From the NCBI GenBank assembly GCA_964035545.1, contig OZ037767.1, forward strand, positions 10,240,581 through 10,304,580: 64,000 nucleotides of DNA, in the 5' to 3' direction. The notes beneath the pieces are model-generated. The model did not search any database. It was not told where the DNA came from and saw nothing but the letters and a program-made list of their open reading frames with translations. Within the stretch, counting starts at the first letter, position 1; every line of letters begins with the position of its first letter. The DNA is from Bugula neritina. Lineage: Eukaryota; Animalia; Bryozoa. A program made the position numbers and the translations under genes. Positions 11,772 to 24,700 of the stretch are shown here, in pieces.

Positions 11772-12228
11772 TAATGAAATAATAAATACAATATTTGAAA
11801 CGGCCAATTCTCTATAGCTGCTTCACATCAGTGTTGCAGGATTATGTTTGTTACAAGATACCTATATTTCACAAGGAAGCCCTAGCTCATATAAATTACG
11901 TAATCAGAAATACCCATAGTTATTAACTATAGGAGTAACACTTCAATTTTACATAATCAGTAAGAAAGCCATAGCTATTAGTAGAAAGGCATGCATTGGA
12001 AGCCTGTTATTATACTTAATACAAAGAAAAGCATCTGGCTATTAATAGAAAAGTACGAAAATATTAGGATTCTTGTAGGTTTACTGGGGGTGTACACAAT
12101 TTTACTCAATGGGTAGTGATAATCTGGCAACCTCTGAGTGTACTTCAGGTAGAAAGTGCTCAAAAATGAGGTAATCACTTGAATTACTTGCTTTTCATTT
12201 TAGGAAGTTCCCTAATTACAAAGTCAAA

Positions 12229-15050
12229 ATGGGTAAAGATAAAAATAATAAAAATAGATCAAAGTACAAGAAAACTGCTAGTGAAGATTTGTTTGCTTAT
12301 GACCCTTTGGAAGAGCTGGCTGGTGGAAATAGTCACCCTCTTATTGCGGTAACTTATTGAATAATTATAAATATGTAACTCGTGAGCAGACAAAAATTCT
12401 GACCAATCATTCTAATTCATCGTTTTTTCATTGTGAGCTCATAATATGTAAATTATTATTATTATTATTATTATTATGTAAATTACGCACAGCCAATTTA
12501 TTTATGTTTTTCTCTCTTGTGAGGATGTAATGCTCTATTGGTGTTAACCATGTATTTTCCTAGTTTAACTGTGTAAATATATCATGTAGGCTTTCAAAAT
12601 CGGGGTATAAATAATAAACTCAAATGCTTATTAATTAGTATGTGTGTTCAACTTTTTACCGGTTGCTTCTTTCATAGTTGTAATCTGAAACATTGAAATG
12701 CTCTGGATTTTGGTATTGAGAGTTACTATTTTTAAGCTGAATAAAGTTAGCTTCAACTATTCCATTTGGCAATAAATTTGAAACTCTTATATTAAAATTT
12801 GGCACAAAACTTGAGCAAGCAAGCTAAGCAAACAAAAAAATGTTGTTCATTTGAGTAATTTTTTTATGCTAGAAAGTAAACTTTGCAAAATCCATTGAGC
12901 AAGTGACTCAACAGTTTAGACAAACAGCTGTTGCGGTCCAAGTAACTATAAACTGTGTACCAGACAATCCAACTGTACTAAAAACACTTTTTAGTATAAA
13001 AGCAATAGGTAAACAAAACTATTTGGCTTGGCATTAAAATATAAAAATGGCATGTATATTTTAATATCAAGTATTTTTTAACAATACATTTGCTTTCAAT
13101 CGTATGGTGAAAATAAAACCTGATATTTAAAATATTATTTTTGTGGTGTAGGCATGCAGAGATGGTGATGTGGAGCAACTTGAAGATTTGCTGCTACACT
13201 ATGCGATGTATGACAAACCAGTGCGAGTATGTGATTACTCTGGCTGGCAAGCAGTTCACTATGCTTCTAAGTTGACTGACATATCTTGCTTGAAAGCACT
13301 CTTAGATTTTGATGATACACTGGTGCTCAGTGAAACCAAAGATAAAACTACCCCACTCATTGTAGCAGCAGGTCTTGGTAACTTGCCAACTGTAGACTTA
13401 TTACTCAAGTATTTGAGCAAAACCGATATACTTAGGAGAGATCTTCACGGGCGGAATGCTATCTACTATGCGATAATTTCTAACACTGAGTCATGTACCA
13501 GTGTTGCTCTTTCGCTTTTGGATAATTGCAAAAACATTTTGAGTGTTATTGATTGTTTAACTGACAGCATAGCCTTCACAACTATTCGCCTTAAGAACAT
13601 GAAAGTTTTCCGATACTTGTTAAATTCCGGTCTTGATCTTCGATATAGCTTCGAGGATGACCAGTATGAATATTCAGATTACAGGACACCTGACACATTA
13701 ATGGCTCAATGTGTTTTCTTTGATTGGGTTGATGGGTTGCAGGTTTTAATTGAGACAGAAGCTCAGACAACAAAATGGAAACAAGATTTTAGGACACCTC
13801 GATTGAATTATTTGTTCAGGCTATCACACATGGAAAAGCATTGCTCTGCATGGCATCTTGTGTTTTATTTAGGTCGAACCCAATGTCTCAAATTGATGCT
13901 GGCTCACGAAATGACCTTGTCTTTTATCGATCACAATGTTGACCGAGAGCACATTAATCTGCATTTCCCTTTTCCCCTATGTTTGACTTTAGAAAATGAT
14001 ATATGGGGAAAAAGAGATTTTATCAAATTTTTTCTCTCAATGCAGTCATGTTCAGTTTTTGACGAGGGTTATAAAGTGACCGCTCAGGCATGTTACGATG
14101 TGGGATACAGTAATGCAAGAAAATTGGTTGTTCACCCATTAGTGGTTGCCCTTGAAAGTGTTTTCAATCAATGTACCATTGAGGAACATAGTGCTCCAGA
14201 ATCAGTTGAAATGCTTCTAAGTTGTGGTTTTTCTTTCAACTTTAATTTCATAGCAGTAAATTCCAAAGTAAATTCATCAATCTGCTGGTGCAACTCATAT
14301 CAAAAGCTTTTGGAATTAGCTTTAGATGATGTCAGGGTATATGCTGTTTTAGCAACGGTATTGCAAAAAGCTCATCAATTTCCTATCACCTCTCACTGCT
14401 TTTCTGCTTCTTGTATATTAGAAGCAAACTATATCAATAACAAAGTGTCATTGGATTCATTACTACAAAAACCTCTTTCTCTGCTGCTTTCAATTCTTTC
14501 CAAACAAAGTGATTCTGAAATAATCTCATTCAGAAATGCAGTTTGTGTGGTAGGAAATAAGTTAGCTCTCACCGGTGGCGAAGGTAACAATATATGTAAA
14601 TTTCTGAATAAGACTGCATGTCATTGGACCTCAATTGCTCATCTTCTACTCAAAGGATTTCATGCATTTCCAGATGAAGGCGTTGACCAGATATCATTCT
14701 CTATGGTGTTTCTTCGAGATAATGAAAAACAAAAGTTAGTTGCCCCACATAAATCAAATGTGAGCCCATTTCAGCAAATGTGCCAACAGAGTGCTGTTTC
14801 GAGTTTAATGAATCTCTGTAGACAGGCTATTAGAAATCAAATGGGTGTAGTTCGATTAATAAAAGAATCTGTGTGGATTCCTGATGTCATTTCCGGTCAC
14901 AACCTGCCAAATTCTTCAGGTGTTTCTAATTCCACTGGCGTGCCCTCAATTTTTGATCAGCTCAAAATACCCACAACATTAAAACTCTATCTCCAGTATG
15001 TACCTGAACTCATTAAGTATGCTGACCATTGTAAGATGCTTTCACAGTAG
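12229..15050 (+). CDS. Ankyrin repeat and SOCS box (ASB-family) protein, ~672 aa, 2 coding exons
   Basis: Exon 12229-12348 splices in phase 0 to 13152-15050, completing an ankyrin repeat across the junction (HPLIA|ACRDGDVEQLEDLL). Further repeats: GWQAVHYA, TTPLIVAAGLGNLPTVDLLL, GRNAIYYA. C-terminal SOCS box SSLMNLCRQAIR...LKIPTTLKLYLQY. Confidence 0.88.
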
Positions 15051-15705
15051 CATAAATTTGCAATATACTGCATGAACTTTTACCATTTATAACCTTATTG
15101 CCCTGCCAAACCATAATCAATGTAACTTTGAGCAATAAAATTGCATTCAGAAAAATGTGTAACATTTTTATTACATTTTACAGTGAAGATTCTTAAATTA
15201 TTGTTATAAAATAGTATATTAGCTAAATGCTAATGTTTATTATGTGCATTGTGCCTTGTATTAATTCCTATCTTTACATCATTAACAGTTGAATAAATGA
15301 TGCTTTATAGAAAATTAGCATTTTTTGTGTTAATTTCTTCAAGTCATATAAATGTGTTTGTCTTTTCTGTTGTTTGTTTTATACTGTTGATAGCTTAACA
15401 TGATAAAGTCACTTATAACCACATCAGCTTATAATTGTCAGCTTCAAAGTTGAGAAATTAGCCAGCTATAAGTATCAAAATCGTATTTTATTTTTTGGCA
15501 ATAAATATGTGTGAAGAAAAAGTTAATACAACATGCAACGATAAACAAAATATTTTCAGCAATATTTGATAAAGTACAACAAAATGTTATGTTCATGTAA
15601 GATATATGATGTAGTCTGCGCACACATAGTCTTTAATCAAAAGGTATTTTACTTCTAAAGCAGCAAATTTTATATCCAGCATAACCCTTGGTACTGGTAG
15701 TGTTC

Positions 15706-18700
15706 TCACAGCTCTGGATTACCAAATCCTACTTTTACTTGGAGTTGTCTTATTTCAGTGAGCAAGTCTTGATCTTTCATGTTCAACTAAAATTAGAAAA
15801 TTAATGTATAAAATAAAAAATCTATGTAACCAAAAAATTAAGTGCTGGTCTATTCAGGATAAACCAATATTATTAAAAAGTATTATAGTCATCTGAAATA
15901 TAATAATTCAACAAAATAAATTTTCTACTATAATCACAAGCTATAAAGTTACAATGCCATATCATGGAAGTCAATAAGCATGCTTTCTAAATTTTCTATT
16001 ATAAAATGCTCTCATAGAGCAAATAAACAAAATTTTCAAGATAGGTTGATGAGCAGTAACAATTGTGCTAAACATTGGTGAGGGAGCTACAAAAGTCGTA
16101 AGTCACATTAAATTTTTAAAACAGAAAGTTACAAATTTAGCAACAATAATGGTACAACCTTTAGGGCATATTTGAATGCCTGTTCAGCCTCTAGCTTCCT
16201 TCCAGTCCTCAAGCACACCATTGACAAATACCCCCACACTTCCGAGTCTTCGTTGTTGAGTATGTTTGCTTCTGACAAGGCGTCTTCTGCATCTGCCAAT
16301 TCATCCAATCGGTAGCAGGCTATGCCAACACCCAGCCAGGAGATGCAAGATGGCGAGCTTCTGCACGCTTGTAGGAAAGTGTGCTTAGCTTTCTGGAACT
16401 CTCCGTCTTGCAAGTAGATGGAGGCTAGCCTTAGGTATATGGAGTGTGTTTCTGAAGGGTCGGTGAGGAAGGACAGCGTCCGTTCGTAGCATTGCTTAGC
16501 TTCAGATATGTCCCCAGCTAGATATTTGAGATGTCCCATTAAAGACCAGGCATCGGCATTCTGCAAGAACAGTAGTTAATATGAGTGTAATACTCTACTC
16601 TATAACACAGTATACTCTATTCTATAACATAGTAATACTCTACTCTATAACATAGCAATACTCTACTATATAACATAGTAATACTCTACTCTATAACTTA
16701 GCAATACTCTCTTCTATAACATAGCAATACTCTATTCTATAACATAGCAATACTCTATTCTATAACATAGTATACTCTATTCTATAACATAGTAATACTC
16801 TACTCTATAACATAGTATACTTTACTCTATAACAAAGCAATACTCTACTCTATAACATAATATACTCTACTCTATAACATAGTATGCTCTACTCTATAAC
16901 ATAGTATACTCTACTCTATAACATAATATACTCTACTCTATAACATAGTATGCTCTACTCTATAATATAGTATACTCTATTCTATAACATAGTAATATTC
17001 TACCCTATAACATAGTATACTCTACTCTATAGCATAGTATACTCTACTCTATAACCTAGTAATACTCTATTCTATAACATAGTATACTCTACTCTATAAC
17101 ATAGTAATACTCTACTATATAACATAGTAATACTCTACTCTATAACATAGTAATACTCTATTCTAAAACATAATGTACTCTACTCTATAACATAATATAC
17201 TCTACTCTACTTACTTGATAGTCAATTTGAAGTGCCTCATTTAGCTCTTCTTCTGCATCTGGCAATTCTTTCTTCTGCAGTTTCAACCTGGCCAGAGCAA
17301 TATGGTAATCTGCAGTTGGTCCTCCATCTTTTGACGCTATAAGTAGCTGCATCCCAAGAGCTCTCTCCGTGAATGGTATGGCCTTGACCTCCAGCAACCA
17401 ATCAATAGTCTGCATGTACACACTATCAACAAAAACAGACTACTCACAATTGCTTTATAGAGATACAGCGCTCTCTCTCTCTGTATCTCACGAATCCCTT
17501 TCTCACAAAGTTCCATAGGTAACAAAAAGGGCTTAGACTCCTGTTTTGTGGCTTATATATCTGAGTACAGAGACAAAATGGCCAAATTTAGCAGATCTGT
17601 GAGTTAAATCTGGTATTCTACTATGTCATGAATTGAGGTTTTGGAACACGCAGCAGAGTTAGTTATGAAGAGAGCACTGTATGTGGAAGAGTTAAAACAC
17701 AAGATGAAAAAAATTACTTTCATTGTCAAAGAAATTGGAAATTATGATCTAATTGAAAAAAATTACAAATGGAGAAGTCTTAAACCATGTTGCAACTAAC
17801 AACTGCTTGTACATTCGATAAATAATTCTGTGTAGTTACATAATTTCTAGCATTTATCAATTTATAAAATTTCAAAGAGGCCTTACTTGAATATTCATAA
17901 TGCATGGATTAAACAAATTTGTTTTATTTGAAAAAAGGATAATTATACAATACACATACTGAATGATAAACATGTACAGTTACTAAAGACATTTCATCTG
18001 TAAGTTTAATTTTAAAAGAAGGCTGTTGTTTTGGTGTTTTATCCACAAAGACTTTCCTAGTTAGGTTCAATTCCGACAACTAATCCTATACATTAAAATG
18101 GAAAAACAGCATAGTAAGGTGAAAGTTCAAAGTAAAAAGGAACAAAATAATGAAATGAATGAGTATTATGTATATGCAAGTACTTCCAGAGTATTACTCC
18201 ACCTGTACAATATTCTTATGGGTAGACAACCCCTAAGTGGTGGATACATCAAAAGGGTAATCATACACATAGTTTTTCCTCAACATGAAAACTAAGCTCA
18301 ATTAAAGCTTACTAACAAAGAGTTGCCTGAAATGACACTCTGTTGGAATAGTAAACTCACCTAGACTGAGGCACAGGAGTTGGTTCACGGGGCGCATCTA
18401 CAGCCAGCCCATCTACAGCCGGTGCAGCTGAAGGTACAGCGTTAGGGTCAGGAGTCGGGTCAATCGGAGATTTAGACTGGCTGGGAGGACGACCAGATGC
18501 CAGAGATTCTTGACTTTTAGTTCTGGTAGCCAATTGACTGCCACTTGCACTGCCTACTGTGAGAATAGTAACTAAATAGTGAGTACAGTATGTATAGTAA
18601 GTAGTGTAAGTATAGTAAGGATAGTAAGTACAATATGTCTAGCGAGTATAATAGGTACAGTGAGTACAGTAGGTACAGTGAATATAGTAAGTGCAGTATA

Positions 18701-21700
18701 TATAGTGTAAGTGTAGTAAGTATAGTAAGTACAGTATATATAGTGTGTACAGTACGTATCATGAGAATAGTAAGTGGAGTATTATAGTAATTATAGCAGT
18801 TATAGTTACTAGACTAAGTACAGTAAATATAGTGAGTGTAGTGAGTGTAGCAAGTATTGCAAATATTATACTATGTATAAGGAGCATAGCAAGTGTAACT
18901 TGTAGCATGATCAAATATGTTTATACAGTTCAATTGTATCTCCTTCACAGTACAGGTACAGTATGATTAACTACGTCATGGATAGTACAGTTTACTTGCA
19001 CTACTTAAAAATTACTACAAATGTCAGAGAGAGCCCTTTTATAGTAGAAAGCAGTAAACACTTGCACAGAACAGGTAACATTTTTGTGTTCACTGATTTC
19101 AGACACACACCTCTTTTCCGGGAGTTGACGGACGATTTCTTCTGGTCAGCTTTGCCAGTTGCACCTCTACTGGAGCCACCAGCTACTTTACTGGACGACG
19201 CGCTTTGGTGAGCCCCTGCCAAAATAAATAAAACGAGTTGATAGTTTAATCACAGTTAGAGATGTCAATAACATATTATAAACATATTAATTTGGAAGAT
19301 AAAATAATAATTATGAGGAGGTTTCTGAGTTACACTAGTTCAAGTGACTAATTTTATAATTCGAAGGTATCTGCTTGTCAGATGAAGTAAACACACTTCA
19401 AGCCTAAACTCCAAACCAAAACATATAATTCAAAGCAAATTACATCTACATCTACAAACCATTAAATACTAATCAAGATTTACTGACCTATAAGTATTAC
19501 TATATAAAGTTAGAGGATTTACAAACCATCAGCAGGCTCGGATTTCTCGTCAGCAGTTTCCAGTGGCAGCGGGGCTGAGCCAACAACTTCAGCAGGCAGA
19601 GCTGAACTCTCCTGCTGCTGCTGCCTGCACTGTTCTATATTCTTTTTGTTTGCCTCAATCGAAGCCATTTCAGCCCCTACAATGAATACCAGAGTGTATG
19701 AGTTGAAAACCATAACACTCTAAACAAAAGTAACATGCTGTCCAACTGTACGCTAGAACCAATATAACAGGCAGTCACACCATGCTGTAAAAGAAACAAT
19801 GGAAAGAGATATTAAATGTTGCAACTAAAGAAAATGGGTTGGTCACATGATTACCAATATCATTCTCTATGCCGTCATAGAACAGGCTTAGCATTGTCCA
19901 TGCAATAACACTGTTGGGGGCTACATTAGTCGCTGCTTCAAAGAATGTCTCAGCTGCTTCCACTCTCTCCTCCATAGCACATACCACTCCATACAGCAAC
20001 AGCCCATTGAGATGGCTTTGGTTTATCGATATACATTCCTAAAGAATAACAACCACATACGCTTGTATAAGATGGCACACTCTTCCACCGGCCCTTACCT
20101 GCAAGCTTCAGCCTCCAAAAAACAAGTTGATTAACACAGTTTTTAAAAGCTTCCAAGTATTAAGAAACATTTGCTAGTTTCAGGAACAACTAAATGCCAT
20201 GATTGAGTATAAAAACAGAAAACAATAAAAGTTGATTAATTCTTTAGCTGACCTTCTCTACATGTATGTAATATATACTATAGATATAGCAAAGATTTCA
20301 AAGTTTTGGTATTTATTTTGAAACAACATGCATGCAGTTAACTTTCTAGTTATGGTTGGTTACAATTTTAATTAAAATCATCAAATACAAACAGAATAAT
20401 ATGGATACAAGCTGCTTCAGTGACGGGCATCAATTCAAATATTAGATTAAAGACAGGCTTTAATGGGGGAAACCATAAAGTGAGAGCTACATATGCCACC
20501 TGGTAACTTACTAGTCAACAATATATGACTTGACTATAAATATTTTCTAACCTTCACTTCACTTACCTTAAAACATTCCTCAGCCTTTTCGATGTCGTTT
20601 ATATAAAGGTTAAACGTGCCATAATCGAACCAGTGTTCAGCATCTAATCTGTCTCGAGCAATTCGCTACAGACACACATTCATTATAGTATATATGATAC
20701 ATCAGACACAGTTATAGTATATATGATGTATCAGACACACTTATTATAGTATATATTACACATCAGACACACTTATTATAGTATATATAATACACCAGGC
20801 ACACTTATTATAGTATATATAATACATCAGACACACTTATTATAGTATATATAATACATCAGACAAACTCAAAGTACGTAAACATAAGTTGAGCAAGTTT
20901 TTAGCAGACGAACCTCTTTATAATACTTGTCTGCCAGCTCAAAGTCTTCATTCACTTCAGCTTCTCGTGCAAAGTGCTTCAGCTGAGCAGAGTCAGTGAG
21001 GGGTTTCGGGACTGGAGTCTTGTCTTCCAGAGATAAGAACTTACTCAATGCTACGTGCATCTGATCGACCAAGTAGACATACAGCTCACTGAGAAACGTC
21101 TGCAACATGTTCATATACAACTTTAATGCATCACAAAACATCTTGAAGACAACCAAAATATTAGCCAGAAAAAAGGTAATGTGTAAATATAACAGCTTTG
21201 AAAACATTAACCGTTAGAAATCATAAATGTTTTGATAAAAAGTAAGCAAAAGTTAAAAACAGAAGTATACATAAAAGACTTGGCAATTGAAAATTCTTCA
21301 AACAAGATTAGTTTCATTATATTTAAAACAATTAAAAAACACTCAAAATGAGTAACTAATTTTTACTATTATACTTTCATTTAAGATATCATAGCAGACT
21401 AACCGTAAATATTAAACATGAAATTCAGCATTCGACGTAACTTAATTGTGATAGTATGACAAAGTATAACCTAAAGCCTGACTATAAAACTGTATCACAA
21501 AAATTGCATCTTCGTACTTACTGAGTAGCTGGGGAGATTATATTCACTGAATCTCAACCATAGAACATGAGTGTTTGCTGTTATGTGATAATGAAATTTG
21601 TTCAGCTAGTTTATTGGTTTTACTCAAGTTCTTTTTCAAAAAATATTTTACTACAAAATACACTAAACCCGCAACTTTATTTGTTATTTTACCTGCAGTT

Positions 21701-24700
21701 GTTGTTGACTATTGAAGTTAGTTGTCTGTAGATATTTTTCTCGGACTATTTTGATTACTGAATGCTTGAGTTGTTCTTTGAAGGCGAAATACTTCCCAGA
21801 TGAATTGAGTTCGTAAAGCAAGGCCTGTCTTTGCTCTTCCTTGGGCCCAGCCGTGGCATTAAAACTCTTTCTTAAGTCTTCAAACGCATCATTGTGTCTG
21901 TAATGTAAACATAGATATCTTAACTACATATTATAATCTTAAAAATATATGTATATGTGTTGCAATTATATAGTTAGATATAATCATACTGTAACCATGG
22001 AAACAGAGGGGTATTTGTGACTAGTGAAATGGTTTTGATAACAATTAGAACAAGTTGTCCAGCCTGGCTCCCAATAATCAACATAAAAAATATGTTAGAC
22101 AAAGAATATAAGGCTAAAAATTATTTGATCGAAGTTAGACATAACTCTACAGTGTAGATCCCATATGTATAAATCTTCCAGTATCAACTACTTTGTAGCT
22201 CTTGTATGTACACTGTGCATTCTAGACATACCTTAACTCCTTAACTCTGTATTGTAGATCTTATGTGTACATTGTGTATGGTATTATTTACTTCAACTAC
22301 TCCACTCTATTGTACACTGCATATATACACTTCGTATGTACACTGTCTATCCACATTGTGTATGTACTGTGTATGTACACTGCATATGTACACTGTGTAC
22401 GCTCTCACTTACCTAAACTCTTCCAGTATCATCTGAGCAACGTTGGCTACTTGACCATGAAAGTCTTCCACAGCCTTTTGAGCTCCATTAGTTCTCTTAG
22501 GAAAGGCAGGTCTGGGAGGGATATACTCTGCTACTCTGGCTGCCAGCTCCTGTGGAGGTCTTTTTGGAACCTAATTATATATATTGAAGGACATATGAAA
22601 TATAAGCTAACCTATTAAACATTAGATAGGCTCACACCATGGTACTTAGGAGCAATCTTGGTTTTTGTATACTGCGTAAGCGGCGGGCGTTTTGAGTAAT
22701 TCATTTCATTTCTTATTAGCGACTATCCTCAACCATAACAGCATTTGAGTATAGGCATGTGACCCTTTGTAGATGTGGAACACAGTGATTCGTTTCAACC
22801 ATTTTTCTTACAAAATTAAAAAGTATTTATACAGCCAACTTGTACATGTTCATTTACAATATTTCTTGGTGCAAATTAGATTGGGATCTTGAATCACAAC
22901 TTGATTAAATGGCTTTGAGTTACATCTTAATGCATTAACTCGTAGATGTTTCTATGACTAGCAATTATTTAAGGCAATAAACAGCTTTGTGCAAGCATTA
23001 AAACAGTATCCAAGACTTGTGAATTTAAAATGATGTAAAAAAACAAACTTAGGCAAATATTAATAGAAGACTTTTTAAAGACAACATCCTGTTATGGTAT
23101 CCTGTCTAACGACTTTATACTTTTACCTGTATGTGTCTACTATTTACAATTTTAGCTATATCATAGGTAGAATTTATTTGCTGAAAAACTATGCATTCAC
23201 GAAGAGCTCACCATAGGTCGAGCTAGCTTGACCTCTAAACACAGATAGCTTTTGTTCTCTACATACTGTTGGCCTTCAACATTCTGTGGTGGTTCGGCTT
23301 CAATGCCTCCCTCACCAGGGCCAGCTGTTTTGGTCTGAGCAGAAGTCTAAAATGAGTATCACAAATCCATAAGTACCACAACAAGCTGTGAGTATCACAA
23401 CAAGTAATGTTCAATTTATAATTCAAGGAGTCAACACATTGACATTTGTAAGTTTTAATATGCTTTATAAAGTACGAGTAAACAAGAAATTACATGTTGC
23501 TACAGTGTTTTTTAGCTTCCATAAAATGTTGGATTAACAAATGTTAGATGTTTGAAGATAATAGATGCAATTACATGCCACAAACTTTACTAAACACGTT
23601 GAAAAGATACAAGAGTGTTTAACTATTGCAAGTACTGAGAAATGTACACTGTATTAAATGGGAATACTAGAAGGAGAGAGACACTGTGAATTTAAGTGTT
23701 TGTTAGGTTAATCAGTAAAACAAGTTTACTACATAAAAATAATATTATGCTATAATGAAAGTGGTTTGAATAACCTAGCGTGTCATCTTTAACAACCTTT
23801 ACCCAAATAAGTTTAAATTAAACTCATTCTAGATCTCATTGAGATTGTTCGACACTATGCAGACTTTCCGAAAAGATGAATAAAACAAGATGATCACCGG
23901 AGGAGTGTTAGTTATGAAAATGAATGAGAAATTGTGGATATAGTTTATACCATCGGTTGTGCTGCAGTAACCGTGTTGCCAATTGTAACAGAGGGCTGCA
24001 GGTAAAAAAGAAACACAAATTCAAAAAACAAAAAAACAACAAAAATAGGCAGCTTGCATTTTATTATATGATTTAAGTCAATGTACAAAATGGTTAAAGT
24101 AGAACTATAATGAAAACTGGTATGTTTTTATTTGATTATGAATAAACAATAGATTTAGGGCAACACAGGATTGGGCTTAGATTTCTGATATTGTACAATT
24201 TTCCCATTGACAATCAAGTAAGATAAACAAGTGAATTTTTAAAACAGAACAGTAAGAGAGAATACAGATAAAATAGAAATGAGTCAGAGATAGTAGTGGT
24301 AAAACAGAAAGGTATTAGAACTAACGTGAGGAGATTGAGAAGGAGAGCTTTTACCAATATGTACTAAAGAACTGTTGCTGCTAGGGGAAATGTAGGCAGA
24401 GCTAGGTTTGTGCTGTAAGTTTGAATGAAGTCTAATCTACAATCAGGTGATTGGGTTAGTGACACGTAGGTGTCTGTGCACCCCATGATACATCTGACAG
24501 ATGACAAGATGCCAGTTGTTGACAAGTTATAGTCAGTGTCAATAGAAGCTCACAAAAATACAATTCTTTAGAACTAATCAACCTGTTTTGTGTTGGATAT
24601 CTTTGTTTATGAATATAAAGCACATGCAACTTATAATTGAGAAGCCTATGAATAGCTGAAATGTACAGTTTGTACTGGTTAAGGAATAACTAAAAATGTG

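Noticed and set aside
13170-13172. GTG start of the 626-aa ORF
   Set aside because: Eukaryotic context; an acceptor at 13151 and an upstream ATG exon complete the first ankyrin repeat.
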